DNA of 64,000 nt from Psilocybe cubensis (GCA_017499595.2 CM039005.1:620001-684000); one strand, 5' to 3'; positions 41,332 through 54,774 are shown, numbered from the stretch's first letter. Made by a program: numbers and translations. Notes: generated from the sequence alone by a model not told the origin.

Positions 41332-43661
41332 CTAACTGGTTCTTTCTCTCACACGACGAATCCTTTTACCAGAGATAATGAGTGATTCTTCAACTTCTGA
41401 CCTCTTTCTGCGGTTTCCTTTGGGTTGTTCCGATTCAACGGGTGGATCTCCAGTGCGTGAAGGGGATCTTACAGTGGCACTGCCATTTGCTAGAAGATCC
41501 TTTTCTATGCTTCGTGCCTCTTCCAATAAGCGCTGGTTTTCTTCGGCCTGAGCAATTTCCTCAGCGGTAACTGGCTTGCGTCGGGGACGGGGTTTAGGTC
41601 GTGGCTTCGGCACATTGTTTGGTTCGGTGGGCAAATTAGCTGGTTGTGGTGTAGTTGGTTGAGTAGTGGGCAGGTTGGTTAGCGGTATGGCACTACTAGT
41701 ATAATTTATTGCGGCTGATTCGGGGGGGGGATATATAAATGTCTGCAAGTGAGAAAGAGCAGGGTTGCTGATATCAATGTTCGGAGCTGGAACAGTTTCC
41801 AGACTGAACTGGCTGGTTTCCGACATTTCTTGAGGTGCAATTGAATTCTGTGTATGATTCTGGTCTTGAAGTCCAGCCAAAATCGGAGGAATATCTGGGA
41901 TGGTTGGGTTTGAGTTGATAATTTCTGTGTGGACTCCATGTCCAAGAAGCTGTGGGTCAATCGGCACATAGTCAATGCTAGCTTGTGTTGATGGCTCTCT
42001 GTCAAACGAGAGGAGGTTAGATGCACCTGGCATTTCCTCTATGCGTGTGGGTTGAATTTCGACTCGAGTCGGTTTTGGCAACTTTGATTTTGATACCTTT
42101 TTTCTGCGATGGCTTTTTTTGGCAGCGGGAATAGGACGTTTCGGCTCTTCAAGTCTAATTTCTTCATCGGGATACTGGCTTGAAATCATTTCTTCTCCTT
42201 TGCGATGTTTCTTAACCTTGTGAAATCTGAAAACCTGACTAAGTGGAAATGTTTCCTGTCGTTGGCGCAGATGAGTCAACAAAAGACGGATATCTTCCAT
42301 GTTCATGTTTCGAGGTGGTGCCAGCTTTAGTCCCCGAGGTAAGTAGTTGGGAGATATAAATGCCGATTGTTTTTTTTCAATGTAATCGTAAGGGGGATGT
42401 TTGCTTCGGCCATTTGTTGCAAGACCTATGGAACAATTATGGAAGTTGTAAATTATAAGAAAGATTACGCTAAACATAAATAATAACTCACTGTAATGTT
42501 GACTGAAGTATAAACCCATAAGAGTTTCAAGTTGTCGTTTATTCAATTTGTCGGGCTCAAAATCCCGCGGTAACTTAGGAAAACCGTGTTCATCCTGGTC
42601 AAGCATTGAAATGGATCCATCTCCATCACCTCCACCATCCTTTGCTCGATCCCTGGCATTCAGAAGTCCGCGTACATAAACACCAATAAACCTTTTCATT
42701 TGTTTAACTTCGGCGGACTTTTGGTCCTCAAATGATGTTGACGAGACTCCAAGAATATTTGCAATTTGGTCATGACTGAGTGAGGGAATCAGACATAGCA
42801 CAGAAAATAAACAGAAATAACTCACACTCGGACAGCTAGTTGTCCTGACTCCGTAAGTCGAGTGACAAATGTGATATTCATAAGACCCATTTCTGCCCAA
42901 TCCCGCTTTGAAGCCTCGTCCAATTTCCGAAATGCATGCTTGTCGGCATTACTAAAAGAGAACCAGTTAGTTATACATAAGGTAGTTAAAAATAAAAACG
43001 TACGCTCGCTTTTGCTCATCCGTATACTCAACAGTTTCTAAAGCTTTCCCGTCGAGATCAAGTTGCTTGAGTTCGGCATCGGACATGCGTGCAAGAATAT
43101 TCCCCATAGCTTTCATTCGGTTCTCAAATATTCCTGGAGTGCCAGCAGTGACCGAATCAACACCCAATATGGCGGCTATCTCTTTGTAGACATCCTCCTT
43201 TCTAGTACGCCAAAGAATTGTTGTCCTTTTTTTCGGGTGGCCGGTGAGTTCCGCTTCTGTCGGCTTTGCTGAGCGCCAATTATTTCTTATCCATTTTAGT
43301 AATTTCTAAAGCCGATCAACAAAGTTAAATTGGGCGCTAACATGTCGGCGCCAATATCCTGTCGGCACTTGAAATTCCGAACAGATGGACATACCTTTGC
43401 TTCCTGCTGGGTGAAATCCTCTGTTTGGGAAACAGCTCTACTCCCAGTCTCAACCCAATAGTTGAAGAGGACTGGAAGGATGCAGCATACAACCTCCTTT
43501 CTCCCACGGTTGCTCCCAGCCTCCATATATTGTTGCCTGAATTCTTCGATTTTCTCGCGTTCTTGATGATTATACACCTTTCTTCTCCTGTCATGAGTAC
43601 GAAAGACGTCATCAAGTAAGAGATTTTTGTAATCCTCTGTCAGAGAACCAGTAGCATCCAT
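41332..43661 (-). CDS. Five-exon hypothetical protein divergent from the transposase (exons 43661-43395, 43305-43004, 42951-42826, 42775-42492, 42425-41332)
   Basis: Canonical introns give a continuous frame [11 protein letters not shown]...[14 protein letters not shown]...; Pro/basic low-complexity C-terminus. Confidence 0.75.
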
Positions 43662-43927
43662 ATTGTCCTGTGTACAGTTGGGTTTAGTAGCAGAAAATCA
43701 AAGCTTATGAAATCACCAGTTAGCGTACTCACTTTGAAAGTCTACCAACGTGTATAGAGAATAATGTCAAGGAAGGGTTAAAAAGGGAAACATGAAAGTT
43801 CCTACCAGCACATATATACTCTCCCCGGCTATGTAATTTGAATTTGCCTAAAATTTTGGGGTTCCATCAGATTATCCGATATCACTAGCCACATAGCACC
43901 TTCATTCTCTCTCTTTCTGCTACCACC

Positions 43928-46900
43928 ATGACAAAAACCTCTCGCAAGTCAAAGAAAAAGATACTTTATGAAGACGACGCGGATGCAGCAGATATCATCA
44001 CATACGAAACACAAACCAGGACTACACGTACTGGGAGAAAAGTCAATGAGTTGGTTGAAGTTCCATTAACCATCGCAGAGCGATATCACGTTCAAGAGGG
44101 TCAACTGCCCTCAGTCTCTGTAGATGACGATGGAGATGATGTAGGGCCAGCGCCAATGGACTATAATGATATGGATATGGATACTACAGTGGACCCAAAA
44201 CCACGAAAGGCATGAGTTTGGAATATATTTGCATTGAATGGAAGTACTCACAGAAATATTAGACACAAAGAGATTATATCCTGCAGTTTGTTGAGAGGGT
44301 GGACGATCTGCTTGGAGCTTTATTGAGTAGAGAAGCTCTTAAAGTGCCAGTGGAGCAATCCATTTGTACACACTGCGAGGCCAACAATATTGCAACTTGG
44401 CGCTGTCGTGACTGCAGTCTCCCGGTTGTTATGTGTCGAAAGTGCATGCGAGAAAGCCATAAATCCAATCCCATGCACAGGATTGAGCAATGGATAGGTA
44501 CTCATTTCCGATCCGCGGAACTGTGGGAGGTAGGCATGTATCTATTAATTCCCCACCACTCTGGAGAGGCCATATGCCCGTCTTTAAAAGCTCGGATACA
44601 GTTTTTGGAATACCTCGAGGAACCCAAAGACAGGTCAGAGCAAGCCCAGCTCAGGACTGTTGACCTTAGTCAAGCTCCCTGGAGGTCTGAGGAGCAAACA
44701 CCGACCGGCGGTGAGAATTCCGACAATCCGCTTGACAATGTCGAACCAGAAGCAGAGCCTGGAAATCATGGCCCATCCGATGCAGAATTTGAGCAGCTAT
44801 TGGACGGCCTACTTGAAGACCCATCTATGGAGTTACCGCCTGATGTTTTGGATGAAGATGACGAGGATACGGCCGTTTTAAATGGGGACTCCAATGTCAG
44901 GAATATTCCTCAATATCTGCAATATCCGACAGGCCCGATACCAAATGCTTCGATGCACGCTGGTCAAGTACCTACAGCAGATGGTCTTAACAACTCCTAT
45001 GTTCGTGTTGTTCACACCAATGGTTTACATCACCTAGCTATGGTATCTTGCGTTTGCCATGGCTCCAATACATTACCGCTTGACCTTATGGCAAGCCGAC
45101 TGTTACCCACGAGTTTTTACCACACCCGCACATTGTTCTCTGCTCACCTGCTGGACTACTTTCGGTTATCAAACTTGGAACTCAAAGCATCTGCATACCA
45201 GTTTTACTCATTGCTCAAGCGCATAACAAATCCCATGGCACCATCTAGTGTTGTTGATCTCTATAATGAATTCCGCAGAATGTCGCGGTTATGGAGATGG
45301 ATGAAGAGGTTAAAGTGGGCGGGATTTGCAGGTCATAATGGTAAAAGTGCCCTCAATGTCGGAAAAGGTGAATTGGCAAACTATTGCCCTACCTGCCCCC
45401 AGCCAGGCGTCAATATCGACCCTAACTGGAAAGATGACCCTAATCGATGGGTCTATAAACGCATTTTTGTTGCCGATGGAAACTTTAAAGCCGACCATGT
45501 ACGATCGGAAAAGCCGTCTCGGGATATTTGGTTGTCGGAAGGTGGGGGTATGATGCCTCCAAGGGAGGAGTACCATGAATTCTTAAGGACCGCTATTGAA
45601 GCCTTGACTGTAAGTATGCCATATATACAAACCTGACCTTATATTAACATTTTATAGGGCGCACCCTGCGAAAACACCTTTCGTGCTATTCAAAACTCGC
45701 TGTTATCATCCTCGTCATGCGATGTTACAGGCATTGTCGGAGTTGCGTGTGCCCGACATGGTTGTTATGCCCCTAATGCTCTTGTCAACCTCTTTAAAGG
45801 TGAACAGCAAAAAAATGTGGACTTCGCCTTTCTTGCGGCCCTTCGCTCTACTGGTGTTCACCCCGACCAGGGAACAATGATGATCTACGATATTATTTGC
45901 CAGTATATCATCCACCTCTTGAAGCGGATTAAGCATCATCTCCCAGATGGATTCAAAATTGATCGAGCCATTGGTATGTTTCATGTGCATGCTCATAAAG
46001 ACGAATGCTTCTTCCGATATGCACCAACCTTTATTCCCGGGGCGGCTTGTGTTTGTGGTGAAATTCTGGAGTCGCTCTGGGCGGACTTGAACTCCATCTC
46101 CCCAGCTGCGCGTACAGCAACATTAGCACATCGGACTGAAATTCTTGATGACCATGCATCGGACTCTAACCACAAGAAGGCTCTGGGAATTACAAAGTAT
46201 CTTTGCAGGCGACATCTAGAATCGGTAAAAGCACGAGAAACATATCGGATCTCTTTTTCCAACTTGACGAAGGCTGCCGATCCCGATGCCCTTAAACTTT
46301 GGACGAAGCAGATTGAAGATGCCGAAGCTCGAAGATTGGAGGATGCGACAGTCATGGACATATATGCTGCAAAGCGCCCAGGACGCACTAGTTCAACAAA
46401 TCAAGAATCGGACTGTTCCACGGAATCATTGACTCCAATACAGTCATGGATACAATTTGCATTGCTAATTGAGGAGCGACAGTATGTTTACAGATTTTTC
46501 AAACGGAATATTTGATATCCAATGCTAATGCCGATTGACAGACTTGATATTCGCGTCCGTGCAAGGAGACTTGTGAATCATGATCGACTTACAGACCGAG
46601 TCAAATTACAAAAGCTTCGGGATGCACTAAAACCCCTTTTATCCCAACTTGCGCTGCTTCAAGCCAATGCCGGAGTGGTTACAACCGCGGTGCATGGACG
46701 TGGATTTTCCGAGCAACTCTTTGTTGATTGGGAGGATGATGAAGATGTTCTTGCTCCAGGATCAGCTCCGCCAGTATATGAAGCCATTGACAAGCAAATA
46801 TTATGCTTACCATCTAATGGAACAGCGGATAATGTCTATGTGCCATATGAACTTCAAGCACGAATTTTACAAGCGCGAAGCCTCCTCAATCAGCTTCGTG

Positions 46901-47617
46901 AACGCATAGCGGAGAGATCTTTCCAATACTCCGATGTTATCCGACATGCACCCAGAAAAGGTGTCCGTACAAGGGGTTATACAGCGGCAAAAGAGCTCAG
47001 AGACCAGATCTCTTTGCATGCACAAGCGTATTCGCATTGTAGAAGCTGTCTTGTACAGCTTGGTGCCGATGAAAGTACTCTTCGGGAATTTCGAGTTTTA
47101 ACAAAAGAAGACGTTAGATCTAGCACAGCAGTAATCAATCCAAATATTGTTGGATCAACAAAGTTCCGCTTGTCCTGGATTTGGTACTCGGTCAACCAGC
47201 GTCTTGGACCAAGATGGACACTTGACCCTAATGCCGACACCGCCGCAGATCCCTATAGTATCGGAGAAGATGCCGATCCCGCTACTGTTCTTGAATGTAA
47301 GTTTTGCAAGTTATGACATTCTTTGGGCGCTTATTTTTTTTTTGTTAGTTAAGCGTGTACATTGGCTACGAGCAAGAGCATTGTACAACCGCTGGCTTGA
47401 AGAAGAAACATTGGTTCGCTATGAAATGAGGTGGACTGTGTTATTCTTTCTTCATAAGTCTAAGTGGTGGAAGGAAACCATTAATCAGGAAACACCTTTA
47501 ACGCCAGGTGCTCAGGCGTATGCACATCGGCAGTCACAAATGTATAAACGCTTGGCATTGATTGGGGATCATTGCTTTAAGCAGACAAATGTAAATTACA
47601 TATCTATCCTACCATAA
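43928..47617 (+). CDS. KDZ transposase with CxC2-like Cys cluster (exons 43928-44209, 44263-45609, 45658-46481, 46542-47296, 47349-47617)
   Basis: CTHC..WRCRDC..CRKC..H..NPMHRIEQW; CPTCPQPGVN; DGNFK; ACARHGC; KGEQ; YDIIC; FHVHAH; GEILESLW; C-terminal HWLRARA...EE...EM. No internal stop seen. Confidence 0.92.
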
Positions 47618-47656
47618 TTTCAAATATGCTTCATTCTCTTTTGTTCTCGTACTTCC

Positions 47657-49428
47657 ATGAGTGAAAACACCCCAACCATGCGCATCTTCCGTCAACCGTC
47701 TGTCCTTGCAATGGACAAAGCGCCTACAATTCGACCATTCCGTGCCTTTGACCTTCAGTACGGAGCAAACCCGCAACACCACGAGTTTTTGCAATCAGTC
47801 GTTTTTTGCGCCGGATCTAGGTTTCGTGAGGCCTTGATCCATGTCTTGCAGAGCTCTGGTCAGAGGCAAAAACGGTGGATGCAACAGGCCCTTCAACGGG
47901 AATTAGTATGTAATTTTTACGGAGTGATTGCCGGTCACATGATATCCAATACTGATGCGCGTTCATTTTTAGAACTGGGTCTTGCGATGCATTGGTCGGG
48001 CATATGCCATCGGATTTAACATAGAGATCCCGCTCGTAATTCGCTGTCTGGCGGACACTTTGGGGTCGGTTTCGGCAGACCACCTCCCTCTGGATATCGA
48101 CATGTCCTTTGCCGAATTCCTCGCTAGCGGAACTCGGGATTGGGCATTTGACAAGCGCGTTGAATCTTACAGTCACGACTGGTGGAATCGTAATAGTGCC
48201 CCACAGCCATCGGAGCACTTGGGTACTGCAACCGTCAGTGAAATCCTCACCCGTCACAAAGCAGAATTTTACAAGACATTTGATCCCGAGCCGACGACCA
48301 CTTTTGACGAGTTACTCAAGACGCATATTGGCACCGGCAAGGTTACCAACGTCCCGCCCAACATGCCTCTCATTCACCCAGTTCAAGTTATTCTCAATAA
48401 CATCGGAGATACGTGTAACGCCTGCGATGCCTTCCAAAATCTTTCTATTGAAAGTATTCAACAGTTGAGCAGTTTTAAAAACCACACTTCCATTATGTTC
48501 AGTACTGCCGACAACACCCTTGACCTTATTTCTCGGCGTGCGATTGGATTCTTTGAATTGTATGAAGCTGCTAAACGTGCGGCGGACTTGACTCAAGGCC
48601 CCGACACAATGGACTCCGAAAATCCCGCTTCAAAATGGACCTGGGGTAGACAACTGACCACCAAGGAGGTCTGCTTACTTGGGGCGGGAAAGAAGGCATC
48701 CCACTCTGGATATGCGGAGAGTCTTCGTGATGGCAAGTTACCTTCGCGGTCTGTTCATGAAGCTTCTCACTCCGCCCACGCATCCGACACCTTTGAATCC
48801 GTCCCCTCTGTGGTGATGGAAACTCATGATTCTAAGGATCCGATCAAGCACCCTCAATACTTTGAAGACGGTACAGACACTGGGTCGATTGCCAGCATCA
48901 TCGAAAGGGCGGCAACTACATATGAATCCGATTCCGATGACTCCGATGCTGGAAATGCAGGTATTGCTAACAATGATGCAATGGCTCAGGCTCCTCAGAC
49001 AGTAGCAGAGCTACTGGCGCAAGCGGAATACATCAGCTCCGACGACGACGACAATGAAGACATGCATGGGGAAGAGGATGGGGACAAGGGCAAGGACACA
49101 GATACAGGGTTGAAGAGGCAGAATGCCGATAACAATGGTGCCGATAGGAGGACTAAACCCCGCAGGTCAGACGCTCCGACCGTCGAAGATACAGGTAATT
49201 CCAACATTACCTTTATTTCTTGTTTACTTACTCAATGCAGACACATCTCAGATGACTGCGTACTTCACTAAGAACTTTTTCTCTAATCAACTCGATGAGG
49301 GTCTTTTTGAAATGGATGCGGAAGAGGATGAAGATGCCGACGACGTTGAGGATACCGATACCGACGAGGACAAAGACGCAGATACCGACGAGGAAAGTGT
49401 TAGTGAGGATAGGGCTATGGAAGAGTAG
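47657..49428 (+). CDS. Three-exon hypothetical protein with acidic C-terminus (exons 47657-47905, 47973-49194, 49241-49428)
   Basis: GTATGT..TAG and GTAATT..CAG introns join ORFs 47657, 47982 and 49123 in frame; starts 40 bp after the transposase stop. Confidence 0.75.
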
Positions 49429-49721
49429 TAGTACTTTCTAAGATTGTGTTGCGCGCGTCTCAAATTGAATTTTTGTTTCTATCTCTACACAAAGAGTGTA
49501 GAAAGCCTACTTCACTGAAAATCCGACATAGGTAACCAATAGGATATCGGAGATCCATTGTGACTGCAGTGCATCGGGCGGTAACCAGTTTCTGGTTACC
49601 GCCATTTGCTATTTGTTTGCATATACTATGCAGACAAATAGCAAACTTTACAGGCCGATCAGTATTCAGTAAACTACACAGGTGGAATATTACGTGGGGT
49701 TGAGGCATTGGGGCATAGTTA

Positions 49722-49833
49722 GAGCTGCTGTTGGGAACTGGGCACTGTTGTCGGGGACTGGGCACTGCTGTCGGGAATTGGGCACTGCTGTCGGGAATTG
49801 GGCACTGCTGTCGGGAACTGGGTTTTGCTGTCG
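49722..49833. repeat. 20-bp tandem repeat (GGGCACTGCTGTCGGGAAYT), about 5 units
   Basis: Direct inspection. Confidence 0.9.
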
Positions 49834-50246
49834 GCGTTGGGCGTCAATATTCATTACTTTGCGATCAAGGCGTTACAGCCTCTTGCATTGTACGTTACTG
49901 CTCTAACTATACATAAATGAAGGTCTACATCTCCTCATAATTTACATATTTGCACTCATCTGTGCGGACAAGTATTTACTTCATTGGCTGTATGCACAAA
50001 CCACGAGATCGGATACTGGAAGGTGCCAAGAGTACCGACAACATGCCGATATCCCCCGCCTGCGCACGGACAAAAATCTACCTGTATCAGCGGGATTGCA
50101 TAAGAATCTCAGGTTCATAAGCGCTTGGACCATGCTGATGGATACTGTCGGCGTTTGGGAGTGAATGATAATGGTCGGTATCTACTAATGCCTATGGGCC
50201 ATTTCTATTAACTGAGATACTTGAACTAGATCAATAAACCCATTTG

Positions 50247-50362
50247 AATTATTCATTGAATCCATACGACATGCTACATGTGGTGTTTCCTTTGCGAGAA
50301 ACTTGCGGTTCAATGGTCCAATGGCTTCATTGAACCCACATAATGTGGTACAATGTTATAAC
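50247..50362 (-). repeat. Right imperfect terminal inverted repeat of the KDZ element
   Basis: The reverse complement has TGGGTTCAATGAAGCCATTGGACCATTGAA and GTAGCATGTCGTATGGATTCAATGAATAATT, also 31 nt apart. Confidence 0.7.
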
Positions 50363-50844
50363 CATTCTTACATATGGTAAGTTACAATGTTGCATGTTAC
50401 CCTGCTGCATCCTGCATCGTGTGTTTCTGTGTTCTCTCCTGTTGTCACTCCAATCACCACCGGAACGCGCCGCGCATCGCAAAGTAAGCCTCCTGTCACG
50501 TCGCGTCGTGTCGCCCGAATGCAAATACAACACAAATACCAACCCCCCAAGGCCAAATCTCGAAGCGCGCATACATACATACCTCCTCTGCGCGCGTTTG
50601 TGTGTTTGTGTGCTTGTATGTTCGTGTATCTGTATCTGTGTGCTTGTGCTTGCGCTTGTGTGAAGATTAAAGAGTGATCAGTACGAAAGAGTGAAAAAGA
50701 AGTCTTGATCAACATATCCAGGTGTATCAAGATACCCAAGCCAAGTCATCCATTTCACAATCAAACGCGAGGCGTCGTGTCATAGTATATTATTACTATG
50801 ACTATAACCATCCCATCTACGCGCCCGTACTTGGTAGTACTTGT

Positions 50845-53258
50845 TCAAGCTTCTGCAATAAGCTGGCGGATCCCAGGGATACGCGGATGGAAGGCGCATT
50901 CGAACGGCTGCTTATGGCTTTGTGGGCAATTACCACCCAAACCCAAACCCAAAGTTTAGATTTCGATTGAATAGATTTGATTTCACTCACGTCATAATCC
51001 CAATACTCAAGAATTGGTCGTTCACTTGCACATCGTTGCCGTCTTCGTCTTTGGCTTTTGTGATGGTGAAGGCGTAGAGGATGGATACCATCATCAGCCA
51101 GACCTGCTCGCACATTATACAACGGGTAAGAAATATCACAATGGAAAGGAGGAGGAGCGTTTATAATTACCGTATTGCTAGCCATAGGTCTACCCACACA
51201 TCCCCTGCGATTCTGGTAAGTACACTCGACGAGCTTGAGAAAGAAGGTACACTTTCCTCCGCCCAAATCCGTACGCTAGTGCTTTCTCATCCATTAATTG
51301 TCCGTTAGTGAAGTGTCTTTCGGGGTCGAATCGAGAGGGGTCTGGATAATCTCGTTCATTACGCGACATTGCCCTATAACATGCGTCATACTACATCATA
51401 GTCTCATAGAATCATTACAACGAATTAGACTAACCATATATTCGTAAACACCGTCGTTCCTAGTTAACCCCAAACCACACCCAATTAACAACAAGCATCC
51501 ACCAAATAAAATAAAATAAAAAGTATCAACTCACCTTTCGGAATAAAATACCCATCATACACATCATCCTCGGACGTAGCGCGCGGCAATCCAAGCGGGA
51601 GCGGCGGGTAAAGCCTCAAAACCTCTCTATACACCGCTTCGACGTACGGCAGCGCCTTGCGGTCTGCTAGAGCAGGTAACCGGCTCGAGCCGACAACTCT
51701 GTCGATTTCCTCTTGGGCTTTACGTTGGATTGAGGGATGGACGGTCATTAGATATACAAATGTGTATGTGAGAGAGGCTGTCTGTAGATAGGATTATGGT
51801 CATTGTTAAGCCTGACAGAGAGTAAGTCGAGTATCGACTCGCCGTGTCAGATCCCGCTGTGTGGTTGGGATTTATGGGTTAGTGTTAACGTAGTTGGCTC
51901 CCGGTTCAGAACTAAAAAATAAATAAATACCTCCATACACCGTATACGCAACGTTCTTGATAACCATCTCTTCCTCCTCGGATGCTCCAACCGCAAGCTT
52001 TCTCTCATAGAAATTCGTAACCAAAGACGGCGAAACAGTACCTCTTTCCTAAAAAAAAAACGCAGCAGCATATCACAGTCAATTCAACGCCCCCAACACC
52101 ACAGCCCCAACCAACCAACCAACCAACCAACCGCCCAAGCAAAAAGAAAAACTCACAAAGTTCCTCTTAACATGCTCCAACGGGATCCTCAAAATCTCCT
52201 CAGTCATCGCCTTCGCCTTCTCCGCCGTCCTCTTCGAATATGCAAAAGGGAACCACGCAGGAACGTGTCGGAGCGCCGGGATAACGTTGATGATGCTCCC
52301 ACCGGGCGTGATAAGCTGGGATGTGAGCCGCAGTGCCTCGTCTGCTAGCGTCACGCAGGGATCGTCGATGGATTTGACTTCGTAGCCGTACATCGCTGAT
52401 AGCGTGATCGCTGCTGAGTACCTATTAACCCGCAACAAAGAAAAAACACGCTCAAGCTCAACAAATTAACAGCTAAAAGGAAGGAGGAGAGAAAGAGAAG
52501 GACAGGAATTTGATACATACAATTTATTGTGATCGTGGAACCGTGCAGGGCTATCGAGGATATTCTGTAGTAGATTCCTGACGTGTTTCGCTTGGACGGG
52601 TTCGTACTGCAGCGCAGCCTGGATATTAAAATTCTGATGGCTGACCCTCCTATGCTTTCTCCAATGTTCACCATAAGGCATCATACCAACGTTAATATCC
52701 ATCCCCATCCTTACATTTCCAATCCAAATCCAAATCCAAATCGAAAGCCAAATCAAAAGAATAACGACTGATTAACTATATCACCTACGCATATATAAGA
52801 AGAGGGACGTACATGTCAAGAACAGGGAACTCCGGTTTGTCAGAGTATATTCTTGCCCTCTCCGGTCTTTCGAATAACGCAATTGCATCATCCAGACTGT
52901 TCACAATGAGGATATGCCTCCCGAATACTTCAGCGTGCAGCAACGGGCCTATATTGCCATAAAACCATTGATATTTAGGTGATATGATGCATTAATTTGT
53001 ATTAGGTGCCAGTGAGATGAACTAGGTAGACAACGACGTACTGTTATACTTCTTCTCCCATTCCGCGAACGCCATGGGTGAAATGACAGACGGCAAGTCG
53101 AGTAAATTCCCAATCAGAAATTTTGGGCGTGGGCCTGGTGGATAAAGCTCTCGCTTCCTAGCAGTGAAAGCTTTCAGCAGCTTCGCAGCCAACCACAATG
53201 CTACAGCAGCTGCAGCAAGCGTAGTCGGTTGAAAACTAGTAGCGAATCTTGTCTCCAT
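50845..53258 (-). CDS. Cytochrome P450 (CYP64-clan-like), multi-exon
   Basis: Hydrophobic N-terminal anchor, PPGP, WRKHRR, AQEEIDRVVG, REVLR (ExxR), FDPERH and YGFGRR|GCVG heme motif; ends HKQPFECAFHPR...IAEA*. One donor is non-canonical. Confidence 0.9.
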
Positions 53259-54468
53259 ATTCACGGTATCCGATTCGCATGAACTGGCGAAAGAGATAAA
53301 GGATCAATAACACCGTTGTGCGCCATCCGAAATCTCGGTATTTATGACGGGATAAAAGACAGATGACCCCTTGTTTCTCACCAATTGTTGTGGCCACGGC
53401 AACCTTGGCTTCGAGTTCACTGCTCCACGGCAGGAAAATCGAAGCACGAACATTTCCAATTCCAAACTTGACGTGAGAGCCTTTTGAGACAAGTAAGGTA
53501 CAATAGTGATAAGTAAGCGGGATTGTGCCTACATTTTGAATGCGGTACTAGTACGACTGTAGCAATAGATTAGATGGATGAAGAGGCCTGAGCGTGGAAA
53601 GAAAAAGTACCATTTTCCCAGAAAAACCTTGAAGGTAATGCGCACCCATTTGGGCTTAAACCCAGTACGCCACAAATTGCGGGGAACAACAGATCTTGAG
53701 TAAGACCAACAGCGGACATTTGGTGGACATGGAAAGAATGAGAGCTATGGGCGATAACTTGGTTTTGGAGCGGCAGATTACTCTTCTGAAACAGAGCAAC
53801 CATAGAAGCAGACCAGAGGTACAATCGAGAAGACGGTACACACTTGAAGTTGGAGCCAGCAGAATGCAGAGAAGCCTGAGACGGCATCTAGCCGTTTGAC
53901 TGCCATTCGTATAATCTATCGGCCATATCCAAACAAGTAAACGTCGGAGGTGCAAGCCACCGACGTCGAAGAGGACAGCTAAACATATCTTGTACGGACG
54001 ATAGATGGCTGACCTTGGGCTAACCTAGAGGTTCTACAAAACTAAGCTGGATATTTCAGGTCAACTAGGACATTCTTGGTATTTTAAGAACACTTACCGT
54101 GTACTCCACTGTGTGTGGTCAACCAACGAACTCTGAAAACTATTGCTTGACATTGTTAGAATCATATGGTGATCAGCTCCATTGTTTAGAATCCGTGGGG
54201 CCCTAGCTTAGTCGCAGTGAACGGTTAATTCCAGTCATGCCTACGACAACTAAGAAAAACTAAAGAAAATAGGTCACCACGATGGAGATACCATCTCGCT
54301 TCATCTACTATAAAATGCGAAGAGATTGTAAGTGCATACCCCAGTCCTTACCTCAAGTACTACCAACTTCGGTGAGTACATCTTACATTCAAATTTCCAT
54401 CTTTAACACGATGCTTCTGCTGACCCTCTTGTCGCAGATTGTTGAAAATCGACATTTCAAAAACAAAA

Positions 54469-54774
54469 ATGAAATACTCAGCCATCTTCACTGCAGTTGT
54501 TATTGGCGCTTCCACCACAGTTCTTGGTTCTTCGGAGGCCACCGGAGTTTGCACACTGGAGTGTAATTTTTCCCCACCCACCTGCCCTGCGGGTTTGGCT
54601 CCCGTTGGCGGCCCTGGATGCTGGGCGAATGTGGGATGCTGCAAAGTCCCTGACCCCGAGCGCAAAATGGCGTGCACACGAATTTGTGCCTCTGGCCCAC
54701 CTAAATGCAGCGGCGATAGGTTCGCGTTTGCAGCAAAGGAAGGGGGCTGCTGGAGCTGCTGCTGGTACCTGTGA
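54469..54774 (+). CDS. Small secreted cysteine-rich protein, 101 aa, 12 Cys in two repeats
   Basis: Signal-like MKYSAIFTAVVIGASTTVLG; TATAAAA at ~54308; 5'UTR intron at ~54372-54437. Confidence 0.85.
   Translation: MKYSAIFTAVVIGASTTVLGSSEATGVCTLECNFSPPTCPAGLAPVGGPGCWANVGCCKVPDPERKMACTRICASGPPKCSGDRFAFAAKEGGCWSCCWYL

Larger units (their letters stand above)
36669..50362. mobile_element. CxC2-KDZ (Kyakuja-Dileera-Zisupton) DNA transposon, ~13.7 kb, five genes
   Basis: Contains a KDZ transposase. Terminal GTTGTAACATTGTAC (36669-36683) matches the reverse complement of GTACAATGTTATAAC (50348-50362) with 1 mismatch, and matching subterminal blocks follow. No TSD found. Confidence 0.8.

Noticed and set aside
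47657-49428. TET/JBP dioxygenase cargo
   Set aside because: No recognisable 2OG-Fe(II) HxD...H...R arrangement.
50580-50660. GT-rich tract and Cys/Val-rich ORFs
   Set aside because: Low-complexity sequence downstream of the P450; the ORFs are compositional artefacts.
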